Of a stretch of DNA of 64,000 nucleotides, positions 1 to 8,542 are shown in pieces. How positions within the stretch are numbered: the stretch's first letter is position 1; each line of letters starts with the position of its first letter. The position numbers were made by a program, and so were the translations under genes. The notes beneath the pieces are model-generated. The model was given only the letters and a program-made list of their open reading frames with translations, did not search any database and was not told the origin of the DNA. The DNA comes from Planctomycetales bacterium (GTDB lineage Bacteria; 4484-113). The stretch is from positions 2,716-66,715 of the forward strand of contig JAUWGS010000005.1 in NCBI GenBank assembly GCA_030606285.1, written 5' to 3'.

Positions 1-1
1 G

Positions 2-133
2 GAATTCTATTCAACGTATGATGATGGTTCGTATGGAGATGATTTCGTGGCGTTTATGGTTACAGGTATTCCGATAATTGTTTTAGTGTTTATTGGAGGA
101 TTAATTAGGTTTCGGTATCGCGTCAAGGAGTAG
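2..133 (+). CDS. 3' end of a truncated CDS with a C-terminal transmembrane helix
   Basis: Frame 2 is open from the window start: EFYSTYDDGSYGDDFVAFMVTGIPIIVLVFIGGLIRFRYRVKE*, a hydrophobic helix followed by a basic tail; AT-rich. Confidence 0.55.
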   Translation, partial: EFYSTYDDGSYGDDFVAFMVTGIPIIVLVFIGGLIRFRYRVKE

Positions 134-148
134 GAGGTGGTGGACAAC

Positions 149-622
149 ATGGCAAATGCGACCACAATGGATAGAGTGAAGGCTACTAAGAGGAGAGTCG
201 CCGAAGAATTTCGTCGTCATGGTTTAGATACCTATGTGCACCTTGTCGATGCAAAGGGCAGAGTGGTCGTCAGAACTATCTTCAGAACTAAAGACGAGTT
301 CTGGGATATACAAGTAAAAAGTATGAAGGGATACGGGCGTGTAATTGGCCTAGATTACGAGGCAATAGCGTCTTCCAAGAGCTACATACTGGTCGTTAAC
401 TACAACTTCGATGACCGCAACGAGTACATGTACTTACTACAGCGACAGACATTGCTTCACGTAACTAAAGATAAAGATTGGGGCGACTTGTGGGTTAATA
501 AGCCTGAACGCCAATTCTATTACGAACAGAAGGGCCAAAACCTGGAGGACCTTGCACATCGAATGTCAATGCCGACTTTCATGCACTTCGTTGCGCATCC
601 ACCATTGTATAAAGGTGAGTAG
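149..622 (+). CDS. Hypothetical protein, PD-(D/E)xK nuclease-like fold, possibly degenerate
   Basis: AGGAGG at 132-137 before ATG 149; pattern VAEEFRRHGLDTYVHLVD..G....DIQVKS resembles PD-(D/E)xK proteins; AT-rich. Confidence 0.5.
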   Translation: MANATTMDRVKATKRRVAEEFRRHGLDTYVHLVDAKGRVVVRTIFRTKDEFWDIQVKSMKGYGRVIGLDYEAIASSKSYILVVNYNFDDRNEYMYLLQRQTLLHVTKDKDWGDLWVNKPERQFYYEQKGQNLEDLAHRMSMPTFMHFVAHPPLYKGE

Positions 623-640
623 TATTTCTTATAAGGAGAG

Positions 641-1498
641 ATGAAACTCGCATTCACCAAAATGGAGGGCACGGGCAACGACTTCATCGTCGTTGACGAC
701 CGCGACGGGCGCTATGTTGGGCACGAAGCCGACCTCGCCACTAAGGTTTGCCCGCGTCGCACCGCCATCGGCGCCGACGGCATCATCTTCGTGCGCAACC
801 CGCCCGACGGCAGCGACTGCGTCGTCGAGATGGCCTATTACAACGCCGACGGCAGCTACTCCGGCATGTGCGGCAACGGCCTGCGCTGCACCGCGCTCTT
901 CGCCGCGAAATCCTTAGGCGTAACCGGCGAGGACATGCACGTCTTCGCTGACGGCGAGCCGCACCTGGCTTACATCAAGGCCTCCGACGAGAAAACAGCC
1001 GTCGTCGGCGTCGCTATGGGCGAACCGGTATTCGAAGTCGAGCGCGTTCCGGCCGACGTCGAAGGCCCGCGCCACATCGGCCGCCCGCTGCAACTCGCCG
1101 AAGATTTCGTCGCCGAATGCACGCTGCTTTCCCTGGGCAACCCGCATTGCGTGATGTGGGTGGACGAGCTTAGCGACGCGCTTTTAGAGCGCATCGGCCC
1201 GCAGGTGGAAACCTCGCCGCTGTTTCCCAAGCGCATCAACGCAGGCTTCGCGCTCAAGCGCGGCGACCAGATCGAGCTGCGGGTGTGGGAGCGCGGATGC
1301 GGCGAGACGATGGCGTGCGGCAGCGGCGCCTGCGCCGCGGCAATTAGCGCGATGCTCACCGGCCGCGCCGAGAAGGGACGCAACGTAGGCGTGCGCATGC
1401 TCGGCGGCACGCTATTTGTCCGCTGGGACGGCGAAGGCAACCCGGCCGTCCTCACCGGCCCCGCCAGCATAGTCTACGAAGGCACCATCGAAGTATGA
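641..1498 (+). CDS. dapF: Diaminopimelate epimerase
   Basis: FTKMEGTGNDF, IGADG, NADGS..MCGNG, GNPHCV, ERGCGETMACGSG motifs; AAGGAG RBS. Confidence 0.97.
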   Translation: MKLAFTKMEGTGNDFIVVDDRDGRYVGHEADLATKVCPRRTAIGADGIIFVRNPPDGSDCVVEMAYYNADGSYSGMCGNGLRCTALFAAKSLGVTGEDMHVFADGEPHLAYIKASDEKTAVVGVAMGEPVFEVERVPADVEGPRHIGRPLQLAEDFVAECTLLSLGNPHCVMWVDELSDALLERIGPQVETSPLFPKRINAGFALKRGDQIELRVWERGCGETMACGSGACAAAISAMLTGRAEKGRNVGVRMLGGTLFVRWDGEGNPAVLTGPASIVYEGTIEV

Positions 1499-1513
1499 TG
1501 GGCTCTATTAAGT

Positions 1514-1632
1514 CGGAGTGGTGACCTCCAGGTCGCCACACCTTCAATCGCGCGGCCTGGAGACCGCGCGTCCATCCTTATGGGGGGCTGGTGAGCCGTT
1601 CGGCTGAACTCAGGCTGAAGCCCGGCGTACTC
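1514..1632. repeat. REP-like palindrome cluster
   Basis: CGGAGTGGTGACCTCCAGGTCGCCACACCT (1514-1543) is identical to 2835-2864; also an interrupted copy of the GAGTACGCCGGGCTCACCAGCCC family. Confidence 0.8.
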
Positions 1633-1775
1633 AGTGGGGATTCAACAATGGCAAAAGCGACCGCTCCACCTACCCTCGCGGGAGAGCCCATTGGGCTCTT
1701 ATCAGCGAAGCGGAACCTTTCATTAATATTATACCATCGCCAAGCGGATAGCGTGCTGCTAAACTAGAATAGATA

Positions 1776-2675
1776 ATGCCCAAACCCAACGAACATATCG
1801 CGGTGCTGAAAGGAACTCCTGAGCCGCTGCTGCTCATGGACGCGACGGGATTAGTCTACCGCGCGTATTACTCCATCCGCGAGCTCAGCAGCCCTGCGGG
1901 TATACCCGTCAACGCCGTCTTCGGCGTGTTTAAGATGATCCTCAAAGTCATCGAGGACGTGAAGCCGAAGGGCTGCGCCGCGTTCTTCGACACCGCGCGC
2001 AGAACTTTTCGCACCGAGCAGTACGCCGATTACAAGGCCAACCGCCCGCCGCCGCCGGACACGCTCATCCCGCAGATTCCCATCGTCATCGAGGGGATGG
2101 AAGCCTGCGGCTGTCCCGTGCTGCTGGAGCCGGGCTACGAGGCCGACGACCTCATCGCAAGCTTCGTCGCGCAGCACCCCGACGACTTCAAGCTCGTCCT
2201 CTCCGGCGACCGCGACATGCTGCAGCTGATTGACGACAAGACCTGGGTGCTGGTGCAGACGCGGGGCGTCAGCGAGCTGAAGGTCTACACGCCCGATGTC
2301 TTCTGCGCCGAATACGGCTTCGGGCCGAAAAACTTCGTGGACTACAAGGCGCTGCGGGGCGACCCGTCGGACAACATCCCCGGTGTCAAGGGCGTGGGCG
2401 AAAAAACCGCCAAGAAGCTGGTTGCGCAGTTCGGCTCGCTGGAGGGCATCTACGAGAGTCTCGCCGAAGTCAAGCCGGAACGCATCCGCAAGGCGCTGGA
2501 AAACGCGCGCGAGGAGGTCTTCCAGTTCCGCGAACTCGTGACGTTGAAGCGCGACTGCGAGCTGCCCGCCGGGCACGCCGACGCGCGCACGCCCCAGTTC
2601 ACCGCCGCCGACTTCCTCGCCTACCTCGAAAAATACGGCCTCCGCGCGATCAAGAAACAGCTCGCGGGGGAATAG
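1776..2675 (+). CDS. Stand-alone 5'-3' exonuclease / flap endonuclease (Pol I N-terminal-like)
   Basis: D....VYRAYY, NAVFG, YKANR, YEADD, SGDRD, GDPSDNIPGVKGVGEKTA (H3TH); no polymerase domain. Confidence 0.93.
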   Translation: MPKPNEHIAVLKGTPEPLLLMDATGLVYRAYYSIRELSSPAGIPVNAVFGVFKMILKVIEDVKPKGCAAFFDTARRTFRTEQYADYKANRPPPPDTLIPQIPIVIEGMEACGCPVLLEPGYEADDLIASFVAQHPDDFKLVLSGDRDMLQLIDDKTWVLVQTRGVSELKVYTPDVFCAEYGFGPKNFVDYKALRGDPSDNIPGVKGVGEKTAKKLVAQFGSLEGIYESLAEVKPERIRKALENAREEVFQFRELVTLKRDCELPAGHADARTPQFTAADFLAYLEKYGLRAIKKQLAGE

Positions 2676-2683
2676 AATCACCT

Positions 2684-3258
2684 GTGGGTAGGGCGGGCTT
2701 TAGCCCGGCTCTTTTCTCTTGCTGGCGACTGATAGCTGATAGCTGGCCACTGACCGCCAGCCCGGCTCTTCGTCTTGCTGACGACTGATAGCTGACAACT
2801 GGCAGCTGATTACCAGCCCGGCTCTTCTGTTGCCCGGAGTGGTGACCTCCAGGTCGCCACACCTAGAGTCGTGACTTTCCAGTCGCGAACGGGTTATTGA
2901 AGAATCGGGGTTGGAAAACCCCGACTCTAGAAATGAATATTCGGTAGTCCAGCCCTTTAGGGCTGGCTCTTTAGACCTGAAGACCAGGGCTAAAGCCCTG
3001 GACTACCACGACTTGGCGTGCCCCGCCTGAAATACATTTCTGCGTTGTAGGGCGGGGTCTCCGCGCCCCGCCTTGGTGGCACCGGCGTCTCGCCGGTGGA
3101 TTGGGGGGGAATCACGGGCGGGACGCCCGTGCCACCAGAATAGTCCTCTTGTAGGAACTTGCCCGCAACCCCAATGAGTACGCCGGGCTCACTAGCCCGG
3201 CTCTCAGAACAAGCGGAGCTAACTAGCCTAGCAGCTTCAGCGGCTCTAGTCAGAGCCA
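2684..3258. repeat. Large mixed REP-like palindrome and heptamer-repeat cluster
   Basis: Several GTAG/GTGG/GAGT-anchored hairpins (e.g. 2866-2927, 2944-3007, 3047-3072, 3176-3203) and CTGATAG-type heptamers at about 2727-2812; copies recur elsewhere in the window. Confidence 0.85.
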
Positions 3259-3265
3259 CGTGCTC

Positions 3266-3335
3266 AAATGCTACAATACCCGTAGCCTGCTGGGGGCCGG
3301 GCAGCGAAGCTCCCCAGCCATAAGGGGGAAGTATC
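3266..3335 (+). promoter_or_regulatory. Conserved extended -10 promoter plus leader motif, copy 1
   Basis: AAATGCTACAAT..CGTAGCCTGCTGGGGGCCGGGCAGCGAAGCTCCCC; matches 24543-24613 (-) and 31890-31961 (+). Confidence 0.7.
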
Positions 3336-4520
3336 ATGAGAAAAAGAACATTCCTTCGGCACACTATCCTCGCGTTCGCTATTCTCATGTTCGCACTCGT
3401 GCTGACCACATGCAACAACGGCGATTCCAACACTGAGAGTGGCTACGAATCCCCCAGCGGTCCTGAATGGCACATCATGGTTGTTGACAGCACAGGTGAC
3501 GTGGGCTTGGACACCTCCCTGGCAGTAGTCAATGGCAATCCCGCCATCAGCTACTACGACAGTGTCAACAGCGACCTCAAGTATGTGCGGGCGAGTGATG
3601 CCAGCGGCGGAAGCTGGGGCGCGCCGGTAACCGTGGATAGCACGGGAGATGTGGGCTGGCACACCTCCCTGGCGGTGGTAAACGGCAACCCGGCGATATC
3701 CTACCACGACGTGGGCAATGACTACCTGAAGTACGTCCGGGCAACTGACGCCAGCGGAGCCGATTGGAGCTCACCTGTTACCGTTGACGGTGGCTGCCAG
3801 CAGTGTGGCGCAGGTAGCGTGCGTTCTTACACCTCCCTTCTGGTGGTAAACGGCAACCCGGCGATATCCTACTTCGACGGCACCTACTATAACTACGACC
3901 TGAAGTACGTGCGCGCGAGTGATGCCAGCGGAAGCGCCTGGGGTACTCCCGTTACCGTTGACCGCGCAAATGCCTTGGGCAGTTTTGCCTCCCTGGTAGT
4001 GGTAAACGGCAATCCGGCGATATCACACGTTAGCTGCTACGACCTGAAGTACGTGCGGGCGTTCAATGCAAGTGGAAGCGCCTGGGGGGACCCGGTAACT
4101 GTAGACAGCGATGGACATGCAGGTGAGTATAGCTCGCTCGCGGTTGTCAACGGCAGGCCTGCGATATCCTACTTCGACGAGGCTAACCGCGACCTGAAGT
4201 ACGTCCGGGCGACTGACGCCAGCGGAGCCGCTTGGAGTTCACCTGTTACCATTGACAGTGCAGGTAGCGTGGGTTTTAACAGCTCCCTTGTGGTGGTAAA
4301 CGGCAACCCGGCGATTTCCTACTTCAAAGCCGGCGGCGACCTGAAGTACGTGCGGGCGAGTGATGCTGGCGGAAGCGCCTGGGAAATCCCCGTTACGCTT
4401 GATACTAGCGTAGGTATCATAGGCCTGTACGCCCACTCTCTTGCGGTGGTAAACGGCAGGCCTGCGATATCCTACTGCGACGTTACCAACTTCGACCTGA
4501 AGTACGCCATCTATTATTGA
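3336..4520 (+). CDS. Secreted lipoprotein with 7 repeats, predicted 7-bladed beta-propeller
   Basis: Signal peptide ending LVLTTC; seven repeats of W..PVTVD..G.VG..SL.VVNG.PAISY.D....LKYVRA. Confidence 0.85.
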   Translation: MRKRTFLRHTILAFAILMFALVLTTCNNGDSNTESGYESPSGPEWHIMVVDSTGDVGLDTSLAVVNGNPAISYYDSVNSDLKYVRASDASGGSWGAPVTVDSTGDVGWHTSLAVVNGNPAISYHDVGNDYLKYVRATDASGADWSSPVTVDGGCQQCGAGSVRSYTSLLVVNGNPAISYFDGTYYNYDLKYVRASDASGSAWGTPVTVDRANALGSFASLVVVNGNPAISHVSCYDLKYVRAFNASGSAWGDPVTVDSDGHAGEYSSLAVVNGRPAISYFDEANRDLKYVRATDASGAAWSSPVTIDSAGSVGFNSSLVVVNGNPAISYFKAGGDLKYVRASDAGGSAWEIPVTLDTSVGIIGLYAHSLAVVNGRPAISYCDVTNFDLKYAIYY

Positions 4521-4612
4521 GGGAAAGGGGAAGTAGCGGGCGCGGGTATAGACGATCGAGAAGCACCCGATAAAGCCCTGGCAGCACTAGCGGTTGTCGT
4601 ACTCGACAAGTA

Positions 4613-5827
4613 TTAGGGCAATATCTTGTCGCAAAGCTCGCCATACTTCTCTGTTGGCACATCGAAGAAATGGAATTGCTCCCATAGCGGGTTCATAAGA
4701 GTGGCTATCAGCTCCTTCACGCTCGTCGGCAACGCGTTGACGTCAATAGAAATACTGTTGCGCCACTCTGGTGTCCTTGAAATCCTGTTTGACTCGATGC
4801 GAGGCCCGCACCAGTCGCGCCAGATAGTCCTGCTTTCTAGTTTGTCAAAACGTACATGGAACAAGACCTCCTTGTGGTTACCAGGAAAGGCCTGCGCGAA
4901 GTTGAGACTGTGTATTAGCCCTTCTGCTATGTCTCCACTATAATGGTAAGGATTGATTAGCGGCACGTTTCCAGGGAGATACTCATCAGCTCTAGGAGAT
5001 ATATCCTCAGTGTAAGCTCTAGTTGCATAGAATCCACCTTTGAACGATGCTATCCAGAAATCGACGCTAGGACGATATTCTGATGTAGCAATGAAGGCCT
5101 CGAAGTATTTGTCCCTTGGATATGGCTGAAACTCGTTCAATGTGCAAACTCCTATTGGCCAAGGAGACTTCATGACCTGTGCTTTCATGCACACTTCCCT
5201 GAGATCTAGGAGAGGAATCTGCTTAGGGGTAGGCAACAATGCATAGGCGATAGTCCACCGGCCAAAAGATGCCTTCAACATGTCGCGTTCCTGCTCATGG
5301 TTACTTCGCAGACCGCTGAAGCGCTTGTCTCCTTCATTGACTAGCTGGTCGATTATTGCGGTATCGCTGGATGAGTCGGTTTTGGACGTGTGACGTTTGG
5401 TGGGTGGCTCGCCAAGAGGTGGTTTCTCAGATATACCATGGCAGGTGCGAACTAGACTGGAAAGTCCGGGCTCGTAGTCATCCAAAGGCTCCGCCTTGAT
5501 GCCCGCCAGTGTCGGCGGGAGCTGTTCCGGAGAAATACCCAGTAACACCGGAATGAGCCTGCACGAACCTTGGATTCTCTTGACCATACCAGCATCGAGT
5601 TCTGTCTGCACCCACGCGCTCTCAAAGCTGTTCTCAGAGACGATCGCGAGGAAGTAATCACAATCCTCAATGCCCTGGTCAATCTTGCATCGCAGGCTGT
5701 CGCCAAGGAGAATTTCCCAGTCGTCATACCACGCTTCCACGCCATTTTTCCTTAGGTCTATGGCTAATCGTTTGACGACCGACTTGTCCTTTGATGAATG
5801 GCAGATGAAAGCTTTTGGGGCACTCAT
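4613..5827 (-). CDS. TIR-domain protein (TIR_2 type) with an uncharacterised C-terminal domain
   Basis: FICHSSKDK, AWYDDWEILLGDSL, SAWVQTEL (putative catalytic Glu), LIPVLL; upstream TGCTATAAT and GGAGG; AT-richer than its neighbours. Confidence 0.88.
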   Translation of the reverse strand: MSAPKAFICHSSKDKSVVKRLAIDLRKNGVEAWYDDWEILLGDSLRCKIDQGIEDCDYFLAIVSENSFESAWVQTELDAGMVKRIQGSCRLIPVLLGISPEQLPPTLAGIKAEPLDDYEPGLSSLVRTCHGISEKPPLGEPPTKRHTSKTDSSSDTAIIDQLVNEGDKRFSGLRSNHEQERDMLKASFGRWTIAYALLPTPKQIPLLDLREVCMKAQVMKSPWPIGVCTLNEFQPYPRDKYFEAFIATSEYRPSVDFWIASFKGGFYATRAYTEDISPRADEYLPGNVPLINPYHYSGDIAEGLIHSLNFAQAFPGNHKEVLFHVRFDKLESRTIWRDWCGPRIESNRISRTPEWRNSISIDVNALPTSVKELIATLMNPLWEQFHFFDVPTEKYGELCDKILP

Positions 5828-5901
5828 AGCTCCTCCGTTTCACTTATTATAGCAGCCACCCCAACTTGCAGCCCCGCCCCATACAGGCGATAATCGCAGC
5901 G

Positions 5902-6525
5902 GTGGAGTATTACTGGCTGCTGATTTTGGGGGCGTTCATCGCGGGGGCGGTGCCGTTTGGCTACATCGTCGCGCGCGTATTCTTCCGCGCTGACATTCGC
6001 GAGCTCGGCTCCCGCAACATCGGGATGGCCAACGTCTGGCGCAACTTCGGCGCCGATGCCGGCATCGCCACGCTTATTCTGGACGCGGCGAAAGGTTTCG
6101 CGCCGGTGTTTATCGCGCGATACGTGCTCAATGTTCCCTTCTACGCCGAGAGCACGCAAACCGCGCTAATGCTCAGCGGCATCGCGCTTGCGGCGATACT
6201 CGGCCACACGTTCACGCCGTTTTTAAACTTTCGCGGCGGCAAGGGCATCGCCACCGGCCTGGGCGTGCTGATTGCGCTGTTGGGCGCATACGTGCTCATT
6301 CCGCTTGGCGTATTCGTTATCGTTTTCGCGCTGTTCCGCATCGTCTCGCTCGGCTCGCTCACTGCGTCAGTCGGGCTGCTCGTCGCCACCGCGCTGCTGC
6401 CCGCAATCTCCGCATACCTCTATCTCGCAATCGCGGCGGCGGTGCTCATATTCTTCACCCACCGGCAAAACATCGCGCGCCTGGTGAAGGGAACCGAGCC
6501 GCGCCTTACGCTCACGCGCCGTTAA
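5902..6525 (+). CDS. plsY: Glycerol-3-phosphate acyltransferase PlsY
   Basis: DIRELGSRNIGMANVWR, DAAKG, GHTF.PF..FRGGKGIAT, HRQNI.RL; GTG 5902 chosen as start. Confidence 0.95.
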   Translation: MEYYWLLILGAFIAGAVPFGYIVARVFFRADIRELGSRNIGMANVWRNFGADAGIATLILDAAKGFAPVFIARYVLNVPFYAESTQTALMLSGIALAAILGHTFTPFLNFRGGKGIATGLGVLIALLGAYVLIPLGVFVIVFALFRIVSLGSLTASVGLLVATALLPAISAYLYLAIAAAVLIFFTHRQNIARLVKGTEPRLTLTRR

Positions 6526-6532
6526 ACACTAA

Positions 6533-6557
6533 AGCCACCCCCCGCCGGAAGGTGGCT
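6533..6557. terminator. Hairpin between convergent plsY and anti-sigma genes
   Basis: AGCCACC...GGTGGCT inverted repeat. Confidence 0.45.
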
Positions 6558-6675
6558 CAGCTTGATAGCGTCGAGGTCGCAGTTCCCTGCGCGGTCGCCT
6601 GTTGAAGATGATTATACCGCCTGAAGGTTTCAGTTCCAATAGCGGCGCGCGCGCATTGGCGGCGCACAGCGCAAC

Positions 6676-6903
6676 CTATAAATCCTCCGCCAGCTTGAGG
6701 TATATCTTCTCTTTTAGGTCCGGAGGCACCGGCTCGCAGTCGTACAGGCAGTTCAGCCCGGACATCAGTATCTCCACCGCCTCCAGCTCCACTTTGCACT
6801 CGGCGCATTCGGCTAAGTGCTCGTGCAGCTCTACGAGCTCGACAATGGTCAGCTCCCCGAAAAGGAACTGGAGAATTTTAATCCTGACTTCCAGGCAGTT
6901 CAT
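6676..6903 (-). CDS. Zinc-finger (zf-HC2/ZAS) anti-sigma factor, soluble
   Basis: MNC..V.....GEL......HEHLAECAEC (HxxxCxxC); overlaps the end of the ECF sigma gene. Confidence 0.85.
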   Translation of the reverse strand: MNCLEVRIKILQFLFGELTIVELVELHEHLAECAECKVELEAVEILMSGLNCLYDCEPVPPDLKEKIYLKLAEDL

Positions 6904-7519
6904 CTGCGGTTATCCCTTCTTCGTCCATCCACCGGCGCAGTTTTTGCAGCGCATAGCGCATCCGCGACAGCACGGTGGACAGCGGTCGGTCCATGACCTG
7001 CGCGATCTCCTCAAACGTCAGCTCGTTGTATACCTTCAGCAGCACGACCATCTTCTGCTCCGGCGGCAGCCGGTCGATGAGCACGCGCAGGTTCTTGCGC
7101 GTCAGCCTCTCCGAAGTAATCTCCTCCGGGCCCTCGTCATCGGACGGCAAAAGTTCTGCGCGCTCGCGCGCGTCCTCACCATCTAATACCGGCTCGTTGA
7201 GCGAAAAAGCCTGATGTGCCGCAGTCTTCTGGTAAAAGCGCCGGACTTCGTTCACCGCAATTTTATAGAGGTACGACGAAAGCTTGCGCTCCGGGTCGAA
7301 GTTCTTTAGCGATTTGAACAGCCGCAGGAAGACGTCCTGGGTCAGGTCTTCGGAGGACTGCTGGTCGCGCACCTGCTTTTTGATGAAGTTGTAGATGCGC
7401 ATGTGGTAGCGCTCGTAGAGCTGGTCGAACGCGCTCTGCTCGCCCTGCGCGGCAAGCTCCATCAGCTCCTCGTCGGATGCCGCCGGGCGCGGTACGTGCT
7501 GTTCTTTCACCGTTGCCAT
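6878..7519 (-). CDS. ECF (sigma-70 group 4) RNA polymerase sigma factor
   Basis: AFDQLYERY, EDLTQDVFLR, YLYKIAVN; region 4 LPPEQK....LTFEEIAQVMDRPLSTVLSRMRYA. Confidence 0.95.
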   Translation of the reverse strand: MATVKEQHVPRPAASDEELMELAAQGEQSAFDQLYERYHMRIYNFIKKQVRDQQSSEDLTQDVFLRLFKSLKNFDPERKLSSYLYKIAVNEVRRFYQKTAAHQAFSLNEPVLDGEDARERAELLPSDDEGPEEITSERLTRKNLRVLIDRLPPEQKMVVLLKVYNELTFEEIAQVMDRPLSTVLSRMRYALQKLRRWMDEEGITADELPGSQD

Positions 7520-7752
7520 CGCGCTAATTCACAATTCCACACCGGATGCCACACATGCGGCATTTGACATACACCCGAGCGCAAGGAGAATTCCGGCGGC
7601 AGCCATTATCACAGTCCATCTCACACACGTTTCCCTTGCTCGATTCTACCGTGCGCACATTCCTGTGTAAAGCGGCGCTCTGCGCGCTCTGTGGGGAAAT
7701 GTTATACTTTTAGTAATTCCGCTGTGTGCAAAAGCATGGAGGTGAGGCGCAA

Positions 7753-8148
7753 GTGCCAAAGCGGATGAATGGGCGTGGAGGTTTCACGCTCATCGAGCTT
7801 ATGATTGTCGTGGCCATCATTGGTATGATTGCGACTATCGCGTTGCCCATCCTGATACCGACACGTGACACAGCCCGTGATGCCAAGGCCAGGGCTAATC
7901 TGCGTGCACTGTGTTCGGCTCAGGGGGCCTATATCGCCGTGCACAAGGAGTACGGCTCCTGGGCCGAGCTGGTAGCCGACAAAATTCTCGATGAATCGTG
8001 GATCGGCGAAAAGCTCACCGGCGATGACGGCGTCGTCTATACCGAGACCCAGGAGGGCACCGTGGATGAGTTCGAAGGCCAGGCCGCGGTAGAAAACGGC
8101 AACACCTACATCATCGACGAATCCGGCGCCATCCAGCAAACGGGCTGA
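7753..8148 (+). CDS. Type IV pilin / pseudopilin
   Basis: Prepilin motif G-FTLIELMIVVAIIGMIATIALP; GGAGGTG before GTG 7753 (exact start uncertain). Confidence 0.9.
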   Translation: MPKRMNGRGGFTLIELMIVVAIIGMIATIALPILIPTRDTARDAKARANLRALCSAQGAYIAVHKEYGSWAELVADKILDESWIGEKLTGDDGVVYTETQEGTVDEFEGQAAVENGNTYIIDESGAIQQTG

Positions 8149-8180
8149 TCGCGAGCGCGGTTCTCCCGCGCTGCTCTTCC

Positions 8181-8520
8181 GTAGGGGCAATTCACGAATT
8201 GCCCTCCCCGTCGGGTTCAGCCGCTTATCCAGGTTTATCCGCCTATGGAGGGCGGATGACCTTGAGGATAGCTGGCTAGAAAGCCGGCGCTACCCATCGT
8301 AGAGGCACGGCATGCCGTGCCCTCCCAACATGGAGTCGCGACTTTCCAGTCGCGATTCTATTGGTGGCAATTCGGGGCTAGAAAGCCCCGACTCCTCGGT
8401 TGGGGATTTTCCTGGCTACCGGCTATTTACCCGTCACTACGCGCCGCGCCACTCTTGTAGGGGCGATTCACGAATCGCCCTTTCTTCCTCCCTCCTACTT
8501 CCTACGTCATACTTCCTACT
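8181..8520. repeat. REP-like palindrome cluster
   Basis: GTAGGGGC(A/G)ATTCACGAAT(T/C)GCCC at 8181 and 8457; GGCACGGCATGCCGTGCC at about 8304; inverted doublet 8333-8394 similar to 2866-2927; CCTACTT-type heptamers. Confidence 0.85.
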
Positions 8521-8542
8521 CATCTTCTGCTACAATCTGCCT

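Noticed and set aside
2684..3258. Palindrome clusters as CRISPR, attC cassette array or ncRNA genes
   Set aside because: Repeats are of mixed families and orientation without constant spacing; no integrase or cas gene; no recognisable RNA family
2990..3433. 147-aa minus-strand ORF
   Set aside because: Made of translated REP elements and antisense to the lipoprotein gene
3480..4520. Regularly spaced DNA repeats as a CRISPR array or DGR template
   Set aside because: The repeats are in-frame protein repeats of roughly 150 bp; no cas or reverse transcriptase gene and no adenine-specific variation was seen
8312..8542. N-terminal extension of the methyltransferase ORF
   Set aside because: It translates REP and heptamer repeats; promoter and homologous sequence begin at ATG 8543
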